Below, in pieces: positions 39,304 to 53,032 of a DNA stretch of 64,000 nt (its first letter is position 1; every line of letters begins with the position of its first letter). The DNA is from Octopus sinensis (taxonomy: Eukaryota), in NCBI RefSeq assembly GCF_006345805.1, contig NC_043006.1:33356001-33420000 (forward strand), in the 5' to 3' direction. The translations under genes were made by a program, and so were the position numbers. The notes beneath the pieces are model-generated. The model was given only the letters and a program-made list of their open reading frames with translations, searched no databases and had not been told where the DNA came from.

Positions 39304-40994
39304 GAGAAATTATACAAAATGCATAAATAGATGATGAGTAAAGCAGTTTTGATCACCTGATATCCGTAGATTTATTACAGGAACCTCGTAGGGGAGGTTG
39401 GGGTATTAATAAAATAGATGGAATGTGTAATAGACTTTATTGAGTACAACACATGTTCTGGGTCTCTTCGGGTACATCAATAAGAAGTCTCACTAGAGAT
39501 TTGAGTCAGCTTATGCTATATGTCCATCAAATTCAAGAATATATACATACACACATAAGCATAAATACACGCACACACATATATCTTGGGCTTCCATAGA
39601 GTTTCTGTCAACCAAATTAACTCACAAGTATTAGGTTATATACTAAGAAGATATTTGCCCATGGTGCTACATATATGGGGACAGAACTCAAAACCAAGTG
39701 GTTGCAAAGCAAACCTTTTAACCACACGGACACGCCTGCACCTTTATTTAATTTCCTAAATCTTCTGACAGGGCAGAGTGACCTGGTGATAAAGATATGA
39801 TAATGATCAGGGCTAGATTCCAGATGATACAATAAACTTCAAACCAACAAACTGGGATTTGTTTTTTTTCTTTTTTTCCTTTTATAACTGCGCATCCAGA
39901 GATGGACTGAGTGAGTATTTAAGCAGCTACCTAAGTGACACAAATATGACCAATCAGAACTGACGAGAGACATAACAGATGATTGGAGCTCATAAATAGA
40001 AAAAAAATAAATAAATGAAATAAAATAAAATAGGGAAGAACAAGCATCTGTGAATCAAGTATGATCAAAGAAAGAACAGTGACAGAATATTTAAGCAACC
40101 ATCACAAGACTATATTTAAATTCCTAGTAATATAATCTTAAAAATAAAAATAATAATAATAATAATAATATAATAATAATAATAGTAGTTCCTCAATCGA
40201 TACATCTTAGTAAAAATTTCACTAGAGACAACTATAATCAACCATGTAAGACTCAAACAGATAAAGTAGATAATCTTGCGAGTAAATTAGCTTTGGAAAT
40301 ATATTCTCAATTGTATTTACCGATATCTCATTGTACATACTTATTTTTCCATCATATATGATAATGGAAGCACTCTTTGAATTCAGAGTTATTTTAATGA
40401 GAAATTACATACATAGGTATTTTGGTTTGCAAAGATACCAAGAACAAATGATTTCATGAATTAGAAATGAAGTGAAAAATGGGAAATGGCCTCAAACTAC
40501 TCCATTAATTTCCACAAATCTCGATTTTCATCAGATCTTCCAGAGATGAGGGGGTAGAAAATGTATAATATACAATACATTGGGTCTATTATATTAGGAA
40601 ATGGTATTAGCCCTATTCTCTGCCAGTCCTACACTTATCTCATATTAGTAACTTAGATCTTTTTATGAAATGAACTTTTTTTTACATATTTTTAATTGAG
40701 GCGAATAAAAAAATTCTTTTAGTCAATTGATAGATTTTATTTAAATTTTTAGTCGCATGACACACTTTAGAATTTTAGTCGATTGTATATACCTTCTTGA
40801 CAGGCCGCTCTATAAAGTTGTATTTTTATTTGCATATATATATATATATTTTAACTTCTGTGTTTTTCATATATGTATTCTTTATGTGTTAAGGGCCATG
40901 GTAATATTTATATATGATCAAATGTATGGAAGCATGGTGTTATATAGAATCGTTGACTCGAATTCGATGTTTGTTCTCTAATCAATGTTTTATA

Positions 40995-42200
40995 TATATT
41001 ATATATATACACACCACACACCCACATATATACACATCTATATGTGCTATTCTATATACACACATCTATAGCACATTAGATCTCTCTATATATATCTATC
41101 TATATTACATCTATCACACACCACACCCTCCATCTATCCACTCTATCTATCTAACTGTTATCATCCATCTATCTATCTATCGTATTCCATCCATCTATCC
41201 ACTTACCTCTATCTATCATCCAATCATCTATCCATCCATCCATCTATCCATCAACATCTGTCTATCCATCCATCTATCTATCCATCCATCCATCCATCCA
41301 TCCATCTACATCTATCTATCCATCCATCTACATCTATCTATCCATCCATCTACATCTATCCATCCACATCTATCCATCCATCCATCTATCTATCTACATC
41401 TATCTATCCATCCATCTATCTATCTACATCTATCTATCCATCCATCTACATCTATTCTCCATCCCTCACATCTATCTATCCATCCATCTATCTACATCTA
41501 TCTATCCATCCATCTATCTACATCTATCTATCCATCCATCTATCTACATCTATCTATCCATCCATCTATCTACATCTATCTATCCATCCATCTATCTATC
41601 TACATCTATCTATCCATCCATCCATCTACATTATCCATCTATCAATCCACATCTATCCATCTACATCTATCTATCCATCCATCAATCTATCTACATCGAA
41701 TCTATCCACCATCCATTCTCTCTCGCTCCATCCATTCTCATTATCCATCCATCCATCTATCTATCCACATCTATTCATCTACATCTATCTATCCATCCAT
41801 CTATCTATCTATCTACATCTATCTATCCATCCATCTATCTATTTATCTACATCTATCTATCCATCCATCTACATCTATCCATCCATCCATCCACATCTAT
41901 CCATCTACTATCTATCCATCCATCTCTCTAGCTACATCTATCTATCCATCCATTTATCTATCCATCCATCCATCCATCTATCTATCCACATCTATCTATC
42001 TATATACATACATCGAGCTATCTATCTATCAGTATACATACATTTATCTATTTGTATACACACATCTGTCTATCTCTCTATCTGTATACATACATACATT
42101 TATATATATATAGATATATATAATCTATATCTACATATATATATATATATATATGTTTATATACATATATCTATCTATACACATACACATACATACATAT
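40995..42200. repeat. Compound (ATCC)n/(ATCT)n tetranucleotide satellite, about 1.2 kb
   Basis: Direct reading; explains the 399-aa pseudo-ORF. Confidence 0.95.
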
Positions 42201-42613
42201 AAACACACACACATTACCTCTATATATATACACCCACCCACACACCCACTCACACACAAACTAGAAAGTTGAGCAAAAAAAAAAAACTAGCAAAAAAAAG
42301 TCAAAAAATGGCCAAGTGAATTGAAATGCACATTTTTTGGAAAATGAGAAGGGTTATGAGTTTAAAACATTGTCATTCTAGCAAGGTTTCTCTTCCATTC
42401 AGAGAGAAAGAGCAATTGAAAATTAATCAAGCTCACACAAATTTATTGAAGAAAATTATTAACAATAATAATAATAATTCCATATCTGCTATGGTTAATG
42501 TCTTCGCAGTATTCCTCGAAATTACATTTCTCCAATATTTCCCAATAATAAATTAAAATGCATTAATTATATTTTTAAAATAATCTGTTCGAGAACAATA
42601 TATATCATATATA

Positions 42614-42651
<38 letters not shown>

Positions 42652-43173
42652 ATAAGTATAATGCATGTCTTTCCTATCTGCAATTTATACCTCACTATAC
42701 AATGTAGGAGAAAAGTCTGATAAAATGTAAAAATAAAACTGCAGAAAAAGAAACAAGACACCTAAATACATAAAAACAGCAGCACATAAAATCCAATATA
42801 TTCAATAGACCCTACAAGCAGCATCCACAGAGCTGCCAAATGCATTCTTACATATAATTTCTTTTGCCTATATTAAACAGCCAACTGCAATAATTTTTAC
42901 CTTGCTTTTCATTCTTCTCTTTCTCTCCTGCAACCACCACCACCACTACCACCACAGCCACAACCATCTTCTTCCTACCTTTACAATTTGTGTTTCTGTT
43001 TATTTTACTGTTATTGCTGTGGAGGTGGTAGTTGTTGATGCTTTTGTTGTTGTTGTCCCTTAATTCCCCCCACCACCACCACCTTCACCACTTTTTGTTT
43101 TCCAAGTATTTATCTTATATATTTATTTCTTCTGACAAGCCAAGCAGAAATTCCAGTTTCCTAGCACCAATAT

Positions 43174-43217
<44 letters not shown>

Positions 43218-44124
43218 CAACGGTGGTGTTATTACTATTATTATTGCTGTTATTACAGTTGTTGTTGTTGTGTCACAGGCAAAAATGTGTTGGCAACCAT
43301 CTTTTATCAGATGAGCAGTTTTCTTTCTTTTCATTGATTTATTTATTTATGTTGCATCTACTCAAACATGGGAAATAAAAGATAAGGAAAGCAGTTGCTC
43401 AATGGCTGCAGCTAAAACAGGACCATACCGCTTTTTACAGCAAATCTCCATTAGCTTACAGCAACCACAACAACAACAATAACATTCACCTCTTAACACT
43501 TAAAAGAGAACAAGACTAAAACTGGATGGGTGTGGATGGGGTACCGCACAACACACACACACACACAGATCTGAGATGGCAACCACAGGGGAATTTCATG
43601 CCAAACATTATATATATGTGTGTGTATATAAACACAAGATGCAGTTTATACAGATAGATAGATACTAGGTAGTTACATATATACACATACACAAATTTTT
43701 TAGGGGAGGGTGAATAAACAAATTTGATTAGAATTATTGGATAATAAAAGCGAAAATTAATAGCAAGATATCACATAGATATAAATGATAAAATGTTCTC
43801 GTCTCATCTGCATGTGAGTGTAGGTGGAATAAATATTACATATATACATATTTAAGCTAATTGGTAGAATACATGTATGTAGGTGTGTGTGTGTGTGTAT
43901 GTAATTACATACACACACATCTACATGTATATTATAAATTATAATCTCAATTACAAACACCCACCCACACACATATATACTTCACATTCTATAGCAAACT
44001 CAAATATCAATATTTTTAAACTACATTAATTAAATATTTTTTTAAATGGAAATATCTAGCATTTTGGTAGGATTAGCAATGTTCTGTTGCTTACATACGA
44101 TACGCAACTAGAAATAATTTCTTA

Positions 44125-44910
44125 AATAGGCACAAGGCCAGATATTTAGATTAAATCGAATCTAGTACAGATTCTGGTACAGGTCTCAACTCCAGGAAGA
44201 TGAAAGACAAACTGACCTACAGTGGAATTTGAACTCAGACCTTATAGTCAGAACAAAGACCACAAGCTACTTGGTCCAACACTTTAGTGATAATTAGGGG
44301 TAGGGTTTACATAAGGTCATTTTATTTATTTATTTTTTTTACAGTTTATAACTGGTATATGTTATATCGACACTGGAAGAATAAAAGGCAAAGTCAACCT
44401 TGGAATAATCAGAACTAAACACCATACCTCAAGGCACTGCCCTATCCTCTAACAAAATTCCACCACATTATGAGATTGGTTTCAAATTTTGGCACAAGGC
44501 CAGCAATTTCAAGGAATGGATAGGTTAATTACATCGACCCCAGTATTCAGCTGGTACTTATTTTATCAACCCTAAAAGTGGACCTCGGTGGAATTTGAAC
44601 CCAGAATGTAAGGACAGATGAGATGCTGCTAAGCATTTTGCCCAGCATATTAACAATTCTGCCAACTCACTGTCTTGACACAATAATAATCCTTTCTACA
44701 AAAGGCACAAGGCCTGAAGTTTGTGGGGAGGGGCCTAGTAAATTACATTGACTCCAGTGTTCCACTGGTACTTAATTTATCGACCCCAAAGGGATGAAAG
44801 ACAAAGTCAACCTTGGCAGAATTTGAACTCAGAACATAAAGACGGGTGAAATATCACTAAGCGGTTCACCCAGTGTGCTAACGATTCTGCCAGCTCATTG
44901 CCTTAAAAAT
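44125..44910 (-). mobile_element. Cluster of three to four SINE family A copies
   Basis: Same family-A sequence repeated from about 44125, 44480 and 44700. Confidence 0.8.
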
Positions 44911-46565
44911 AATAATAATAGCAATAATTTTAACCAACCCTCAAGAAACTGGGGACGGGTGGATTCCACTGCGCGCACACATACATTCAAAACAAATATT
45001 CAAAGAAAGTGAAGTTATGAAAAAAACATTTGTAGGTGATGGTGATGGGTGGTGATGGTGGTGGTGTTATGAGACACAGGTAACAATAGTTCCATGGTAT
45101 TTTGACACAAAGTTCAGTAAGAATATGGAAACCTTTACATGTATATATCATAAGAATTCTGGTGTTTCTTTAAAGATAATAAGAAATACTAAAACAGCAA
45201 AAAACAAAGAAAAAAAGAATTGAGCTAAATAAGGAACTAAAACAAAAATAAAGAAAAAAAACTGAGTTGAAGATAATAAAAGTAATAATAATAATAATTT
45301 TCTTTTCTCCACAGGAATTTGATTATGATTATAGAGCTCAGTGAGTAAATTAAAAATTTTTATCATTTTTATTACAGTCATCTTTCATTTTCTTATGCTT
45401 TGTAATTAAAATGAATCATGAATATAATAATAATAATAAAGAAAGAATGAAAAATTTAAAGCAAAAACATTAAGGAAATGAAGAAAACTTGTGAAAAAAA
45501 TGAAAAGAAATTGGTTACTTGGAAAGAAAATGTTTAATGAAAATGAAAATACAATGTTGGAAAGTGTCGGAAATACAAAAAAAGGATGTGAAATATCATA
45601 CAAGAATATGAAAAATATATTTAACAGTATGACCTCAACGTGACAACAGGAAAAGAAAATGGCCAAATGCAAAAAGTAGAAAAAAAAAGAAAGAAAAACA
45701 CAAGATTAGCATCAAAGAGTTAAGAACAAGAGAAAAATGGAAAGAGAGAAACAGAGTTGTAATGGAATTCAGCATGTTAAGCACCGAGAACGCAAACAAA
45801 TAACAATAACATTAAGAAGAATAATTGTTTGAAGAAGAAAAAGAAGAGAGGGGAAAAAAATGAAAATTATACCAACAGCACAAGAACAAGGCGTCTTGGA
45901 AGATGACATTGAACTAGACACTGAGGGTTTTTGCACTTTGACAGCCGACCGCGATCTGACACTAACACATTCAGCACCACTGTAGGAGGCGGCTAGTGAA
46001 ACAGTTAACTGCTGTAGATGTGGCTGCAATTGCAGGGATGAAACAAGCTTGTTCTTCACAGAATATTATTACTATCAATAACAGTAATAACAATAATGGT
46101 AGTTAGGAGGAACGGCAGTGAGATGACTGAAGACTGAGGCTACGCATAAAAAGTATTCACAGGTAAATAAAGAAAAATAAAACAGTGATAGTGATAAAAA
46201 TAACAGGTGTGGCTGTCGTTGACATCCAGAGTTTACATTTGGTGATGGTGTTGTAAGATCAAACAGAGGAAAAGAAATTTTAAATCTCTCCTGTTGTCTA
46301 GAAAAACGTTTGTTTTCAGCGTGTTGTTGCTGTTGTTGTTGTTGTTTCACGGTGATTCAGAGTCTGTTTCTTTGTATTTTTTGTTCTTTCTTTTTTAGAA
46401 AGGAAATATTTTTCTTGCTCAACAACACTTGGACCATTAAGTCATTATCACAGCCAACAGAGACCAAAAGGCATGGGTGTCAATAATAACAACAGTAATA
46501 GTGGTGGTGGTAGTAGTAGTATCAATAATTCTTATGAGAAGGGACAATAAATAGCAGCAGCCGAT

Positions 46566-46616
46566 TCATTGGATAATATTAGGATAGATGCAGGGGTAGA
46601 TGGCAGTGGAATAATC
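46566..46616 (-). CDS. Candidate alternative last exon (DYSTAIYPCIYPNIIQ* in phase 0) followed by UTR-like sequence
   Basis: Acceptor with canonical branch point: cctaactcttgctactccgcag|GATTAT. All three frames stop within 30 codons. About 1.2 kb of U-rich, SINE-free sequence follows, with AATAAA near 45370 on the minus strand. Confidence 0.45.
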   Translation of the reverse strand, partial: DYSTAIYPCIYPNIIQ

Positions 46617-47774
46617 CTGCGGAGTAGCAAGAGTTAGGCAGGCGACCAAAATTAAAGAAAGCGCATGCACGCACGCACTTATACACACACATACACACAC
46701 ACACAGAGGCACTTACACACACATACACAGCTCAGATTTTTGAGTTGACTTGCACTTTGGCTATTACAGATCAAAACGGGGGTGGGGCCAAAACATGAAC
46801 AGATAGAGGTGAGAGATGGATAACGATTCTTTTTCTTTTGTTCTATTTCTTTTTTTTTGTCCCTTCAGTTTTATTGCTTTCAGTCACTTGACTGCGGCCA
46901 TGCTGGGGCACCACCTTGAAGAATTTTTTATCAAATGAATCACACCACCCAGTACTTTTTTTTTTTTGTAAACCTGGTACTTATTCTATCAGTCTCTTTT
47001 GCCGAACCACTAAGTTATGATGACATAAATTCACCAATACAAGCTGTCAAAAGGTGGTGGGGGACAAACAAACACAAACACACACAATAGGCTTCTTTCA
47101 GTTTCCATCTACCAAATCTACTCACAAGGCTTAAGGTCAGCCTGTGGCTATAGTAGAAGACATTTGCCCAAAGTGCCATGCAGTGGGATTGAACCCCAGA
47201 ACTATGTGGTTGAGAAGCAACATCTTTCTACACAGCCAAACCTGTGCCTACATTGTGACGGAATCTTTTTCTTTCCTTCAATTCTTCTTGGATAATAACT
47301 TATATTTCAGAGAGTTATATAATGTGATTGAAATGGAAATTATAGCAAAGAAGAAAATAAATAAAATTTACGAAAAAGAACAAAAAAAGTACAAACAAAA
47401 CATGAGATGAAATGGCATTAATTGATGGAGAGAGTCTGAGAAAGAAGAGTTTATCTGATTTTTCTTTTAGTTTTTCATAATTTTAATTTATTGGTTTTAG
47501 AAATAAACTTGGTCAACTTTAAAAAGGGAATTTCAAATTGCAATAACACCCTTGGCCAAATTAAAACATTCGTACATAATTAAAATAATTACTTTGGACT
47601 GGACACGGGACTAGTTGTGTTGAAGGGGAAGAGATAAAAGATGAACTGAAGCAACCTCCCATCCCCCAGTATAACAACTGGTACTTCTATCTTTTTATCA
47701 GCAACAGATGAATTAAAACTGAAGCCAAAACCTCCCTCAGCAACCATTCTCAGTGTAATTTTCATTAATAATAA

Positions 47775-49065
47775 TAATCTTTATTATAAGCACAATGCCT
47801 GAAATGTTGCAGGAGGGATAAGTCAATAATAACACCACCAGAACTCAGCTAATATGCATTTTATGACCCTGAAAGGATGAAAGGTAAAGTCAATCTCAGG
47901 GGAATTTGAACTCAGAATAGAAAGACCAACGAAATGCCACTGAGCAATTTGTCAGGTGTGCGAACCGTTCTGCCAGCTCGCGGCCTTCATAACAATAATA
48001 ATAATCCTTTCTACTATAGGCACAAGGCCTGAAATTTGGGGGTGATGGGGACCAGTCGATTAGATAGACGTCAGTATGCAACTGGTACTTAATTTATCAA
48101 CCCCGAAAGGTTGAAAGGCAAAGTCAACCTCAGCAGAATTTGAACTCAGAACATAGCTGCTGACAAAATACCACTAAGCATTTCACCAGGCGTGCTAACA
48201 ATTCTGCCAGCTCACTGCCTCAATAATAATAATAATAGCATAAGCACAAGGCCTTAAATTTGAGAGAAGGGAGTAGTCAATTACATCGACCCCCCAGTGC
48301 TTGACTGGTCCTTATTTTATTGACCCTGAAAGGATGGAAGGCAAAAATCCACCTCGACAGCATTTAAACTCCAAACCTAAAGCCAAAAAAAATGCTATTA
48401 AGCATTTTGTCCGACTGACTAATGACTCAGCCAGCAGCTCATCGCCTTCATAATCATCATCGTTGCTGAACATCTGCTTTCCATGCTGGCATGGGTTGGA
48501 CAATAATAATAATAATGGTTTCAAATTTTGCCACAAGGGCAGCAATCTTGGGGCAGGAGATGAATTGATTATACTGACCCCAGTCTTCAACTGGTAATAA
48601 CAATAATAATAATGATAATTGTAGCCTGATGTTAGAAATTCTTCTTTTCCAACAGTTTAATCTGTTGTACATATATGAAATAATAATAATAATAATAATC
48701 CTTTCTATTATAGGCACAAGGCCAGAAATTTGGTGGGGCAGGATGGAGATAGTTGATTACATTGAACCCGGTGTTCAATTGGTACTTATTTTATTGACCC
48801 CGAAAGGATGAAAGGTAAAGTCAACCTCGGCACAATTTGAACTTGTAACAATAATCATTCTTTCTACTATATAGGCACAAGGCCAGCTTTTTAGGGAGAG
48901 AGGGGGTAAGTTGATTACATCAACTGATACTTATTTCATCAATTCCTAAAGGATGAAAAGTAAAGCCAGCCTCAATGCTATTTGAACTCAGACATAAAGA
49001 CAGACGAAATGCTGCTAAGCGTTTTGCCCAACGTGCCAACAGTTCTCTGCCAGCTCATCACTTTT
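47775..49065 (-). mobile_element. Head-to-tail array of about six tRNA-derived SINE family A copies separated by (AAT)n
   Basis: Repeated ggcacaagg...gattacatcgaccccagt...ctggtacttattttatcgaccccgaaaggatgaaaggcaaagtc...atttgaactcagaac; the reverse complement has a tRNA-like head (GAGTTCAAATTC B box) and an (ATT)n tail. Confidence 0.85.
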
Positions 49066-49128
49066 TACTTTAATAATGATGATGGTGGTTGCTCCCGTCA
49101 ATTTCAACACGTGTTTGAAGGAATAATT

Positions 49129-49159
<31 letters not shown>

Positions 49160-49641
49160 GTAATTGATGCACTAACACCAAGTGGGTGGAGTTATGCATG
49201 TGTATTTATTTATTTTATGATAAACCAAGTGAAAACAGAACAAATAAAACTGGTATTAACATGTGATAAACACTAAAAGTAACAAAAACATAATTATTAA
49301 AAGAAATTATATTAATTGTTTTTTTTTTTTTTATAAAATAACCAAATAGTGAAAAATAAAATAAACATGCATTAAATAAAAAAAAAATGTCAATATTGGT
49401 GAGAAACTATCGAAAGAGGTGAAAAAAATAAGCAGAAATAATGATGAGATATCTTAATGGCAAACCAATTAAGGGTGCAAGAGCTGGTGGATATTAGAGA
49501 TTATTAAAGACTAGGATTAGGGTGCAGAGATTTGATGGATGTTAGAGATTAAAGACTAAGATGCAAAACACAACATTAATTGTTTGAGATTAGTACAATA
49601 TGGATTTAACAACAAATAGAAAGACCAAAATGTTTGTGAGC

Positions 49642-49944
49642 ATATATTATATATATATATACACATATATATATATAATATATAAATGTATATATAATAT
49701 ATAAATGTATATAATATATATATATGTATATATATATATAATATATAAATGTATATATAATATATAAATGTATATAATATATATATATGTATATATATAT
49801 ATAATATATATATATGTATATATATATATATAATATATTATCTTATATATATATAATATATATATATGTATAATATATATATAATATATAAATGTATATA
49901 TAATATATAAAGTAATAATATATATATATGTATATATATATAAA

Positions 49945-49984
<40 letters not shown>

Positions 49985-50056
49985 AATGTATATATAATAT
50001 ATAATGTATATAATATATATATATGTATATATATATAATAATATTATATATATATT

Positions 50057-50090
<34 letters not shown>

Positions 50091-50256
50091 ATATATATAT
50101 ATGTATATATAATATATATATAATATATATATATAATATATATATATAAATATATATATATGTATATATAATATATATATATATATATATAATTATATAT
50201 ATGAATATATATATATATGTATATATATATATTATAATATATATATATATAATGAA

Positions 50257-50287
<31 letters not shown>

Positions 50288-50393
50288 ATATATAATATAT
50301 ATATATAATATATATATAATATTATATATGAAATATATATATATAGTATATATATATATATATAATATATATATATATGAATATATATATATG

Positions 50394-50429
<36 letters not shown>

Positions 50430-50444
50430 ATATATATATATGAA

Positions 50445-50475
<31 letters not shown>

Positions 50476-50535
50476 ATATAATATATATATATAATATATA
50501 TATATATGTATATATATATAATATATATATATATA

Positions 50536-50568
<33 letters not shown>

Positions 50569-50659
50569 ATATAATATATATATATGTATATATATATATA
50601 ATATATATATATATATATGTAATATATATATAATATATATATATGTATATATATATATA

Positions 50660-50708
<49 letters not shown>

Positions 50709-50941
50709 ATATATAATATATATATATATATATGTATATATAATATATATATAATATATATATAATATACATATGTGTATATATATATAATATATATATA
50801 TGTATATATATATATAATATATATATATGTATATATATATAATATATATATATATATGTATATATAATATATATATATATATATAATATATATATATATA
50901 TGTATATATTATATATAAGTAAAATATATAATAGATATATG

Positions 50942-50993
<52 letters not shown>

Positions 50994-51050
50994 TATGTAT
51001 ATATAATATATAAGTAAAATATATAAATATGTGTATGTATAAATACATAT
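49642..51050. repeat. Interrupted (TA)n satellite, about 1.4 kb
   Basis: Almost only A and T with periodic AA and TG interruptions; explains the 334-aa and 101-aa pseudo-ORFs. Confidence 0.95.
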
Positions 51051-51989
51051 GTATATGTGTGTGTGTGTGTGTGTGTGGTGTATATATATATAGATAGATA
51101 GATATATTCAGTTGTATATACTTGTATAATGCATACAGAGTTACATATAATTAAAGAATATGTATATATTAACAGCTACATAGACTTCAATAGCATGTGT
51201 ATATTACATATAAGCAATTAATTATACCAGTGTACTACATGTACGTGTGTGTATGATGTATATCCATCCATTTGTATAACATGTATGCCTTGACAATTAT
51301 TAAACAAGATTCAAAGTGACTAATAAATGAAACCCTTTGCTATATTGTTATTTTAAAACCTGACTGTCCTAACTAAATTCGTCTCCAACCAAGGCACTTC
51401 TTTAATGAAGAAACTAACAGAACTATGCAAGCAGGCACAGAGGTGTTGTGCACCAGTGGCAAATTACTTTATGATTCTTTTGTTGTTTAGCCTGAAGTTA
51501 AACTGATCTAACAAATCTGTACTTAAATGATTGCCATCCAAGACCAGTGGATCTATTTTAAAGGCATCTCAAAAATACATTTATCTTCGACATTTTTCTT
51601 TGAGATGGGATTTTAAGAACTGGCCTCTATTTCAAATGAATTAAATGATCGCTTAAAATGTCGTCTGGAACAAGGCTGCCAATCCACTTAATACCCTAGT
51701 TTATCACTAATCAAGGATAATATGGTTACACTCAACTGTGAACCATGATACACTTATCACAAATTGATCTGTGATATACAAGTCAGCAATCAGTCAAAGA
51801 TTCTGCTTGGATTGCGAAAACATACCCCAGCAACCACCCACAATGTCCACCAATCCCCATGCACAGTGAGGCTGCATAATTTATATAGGGATTTAGTATT
51901 TTATAATGGATTTACATATGCATACCCATCCACCTGGGACTAGCAAACAAAAAAATATGAAGGTACCTGATCCTAACAAACAAAACAGA

Positions 51990-52145
51990 TGAGTGTATGC
52001 TCTACAGGAAAAAGGTTTGAGATGATCAAGAAAACAGATGAATGTGGAGGTTTCACTGGTGTGGGCTATGAGTTTGGTGCCAATGAACCTACCAGTCATT
52101 CCATTTACAAGGTGTATGGAGAGTGTACATTTATCAATGTGGTTT
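51990..52145 (+). mobile_element. Decayed Tc1/Tc3-like transposase catalytic-core fragment
   Basis: Frameshifted reading ...SRKQMN/GG..LVWA.FGANEPT.IPF..MES..FINV resembles the Tc1-family RQ.GGGSVMVW..F...G...Y..VL segment. Confidence 0.4.
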
Positions 52146-52995
52146 TCCTTCTTTTTTTTAATTTTTTTTCAACCAAATCCTGGCGATAAATGAAGAAAGA
52201 TGAACTTGCAGCAAGAATTTTTAAACACACATCTTTGGGACCACAGGATATCTAAGGTTTTGCGAAACAAAGTACATCTCCAAGGAGGAACAAAAAGAAA
52301 GTAAGTCAACTAGCATCACTGCAGAGAAAATAAGTATTCTCTAAAACAAGTGAGGCCCACATGCTGACTACTTTTGCAGATTTTGAAGATTGCAGTCAAG
52401 TTAAATTCTTGGAAGCGTCACCAGACACATTTAGTTAGGATTGTTTTTAACGTGGCGTCACAGATAAATAATATAATGGAAATGGTTTAAGATTTTTAAG
52501 TCAAATCTAGAGGTAAAAATAGAAAAGTATATTTGTAGAGATAATACTGTATAATATTAGATAAGTATGCACTTATGTGTTTTGTATCGTTTATATGAAT
52601 ATATATAATTTCATATACATATATACCTATATACATATTTACACACACTATATATATATATATTTTAAATAAAAACAGTTATTAGAACATTAGTAAAAGA
52701 AACATCAATGAGCAGTGAGTGATAGTGACTAAAACATAATAATACAAAGTATTATTCATTAGTCACTGAAGCAATTATATAAAGTAGAAAAAGATGGGGG
52801 GGGGGAAAGGTAATGAGAAAGAGAGAGAGAGAGAGAGAAGGGGGCAGAGTGAAAAAGAGAGAAAGAAGATGAGGAATGTGAGAGCAACTACCTACCCGAT
52901 ACGAAGCTTGAATGAATTGGGGCTGTGGATTTGATAAATATCAAATTTGAATATTTGATAAAAGATGTGTATCAGTGTTGTGTGTGCGTGGGCAC

Positions 52996-53032
<37 letters not shown>

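Noticed and set aside
40505-40545. Minus-strand CUGAUGA...GAAA hammerhead-like string
   Set aside because: Three extra bases before GAAA, G at the cleavage position and no stem I.
40914-42113. 399-aa plus-strand ORF
   Set aside because: Translation of the ATCC/ATCT satellite; lacks stops only because of repeat composition.
47775-49065. CRISPR-like repeat/spacer array
   Set aside because: Units are about 200-bp diverged SINEs in eukaryotic DNA with no constant short repeat, unique spacers or cas genes.
50044-51048. 334-aa and 101-aa Ile/Tyr ORFs
   Set aside because: Translation of the (TA)n satellite.
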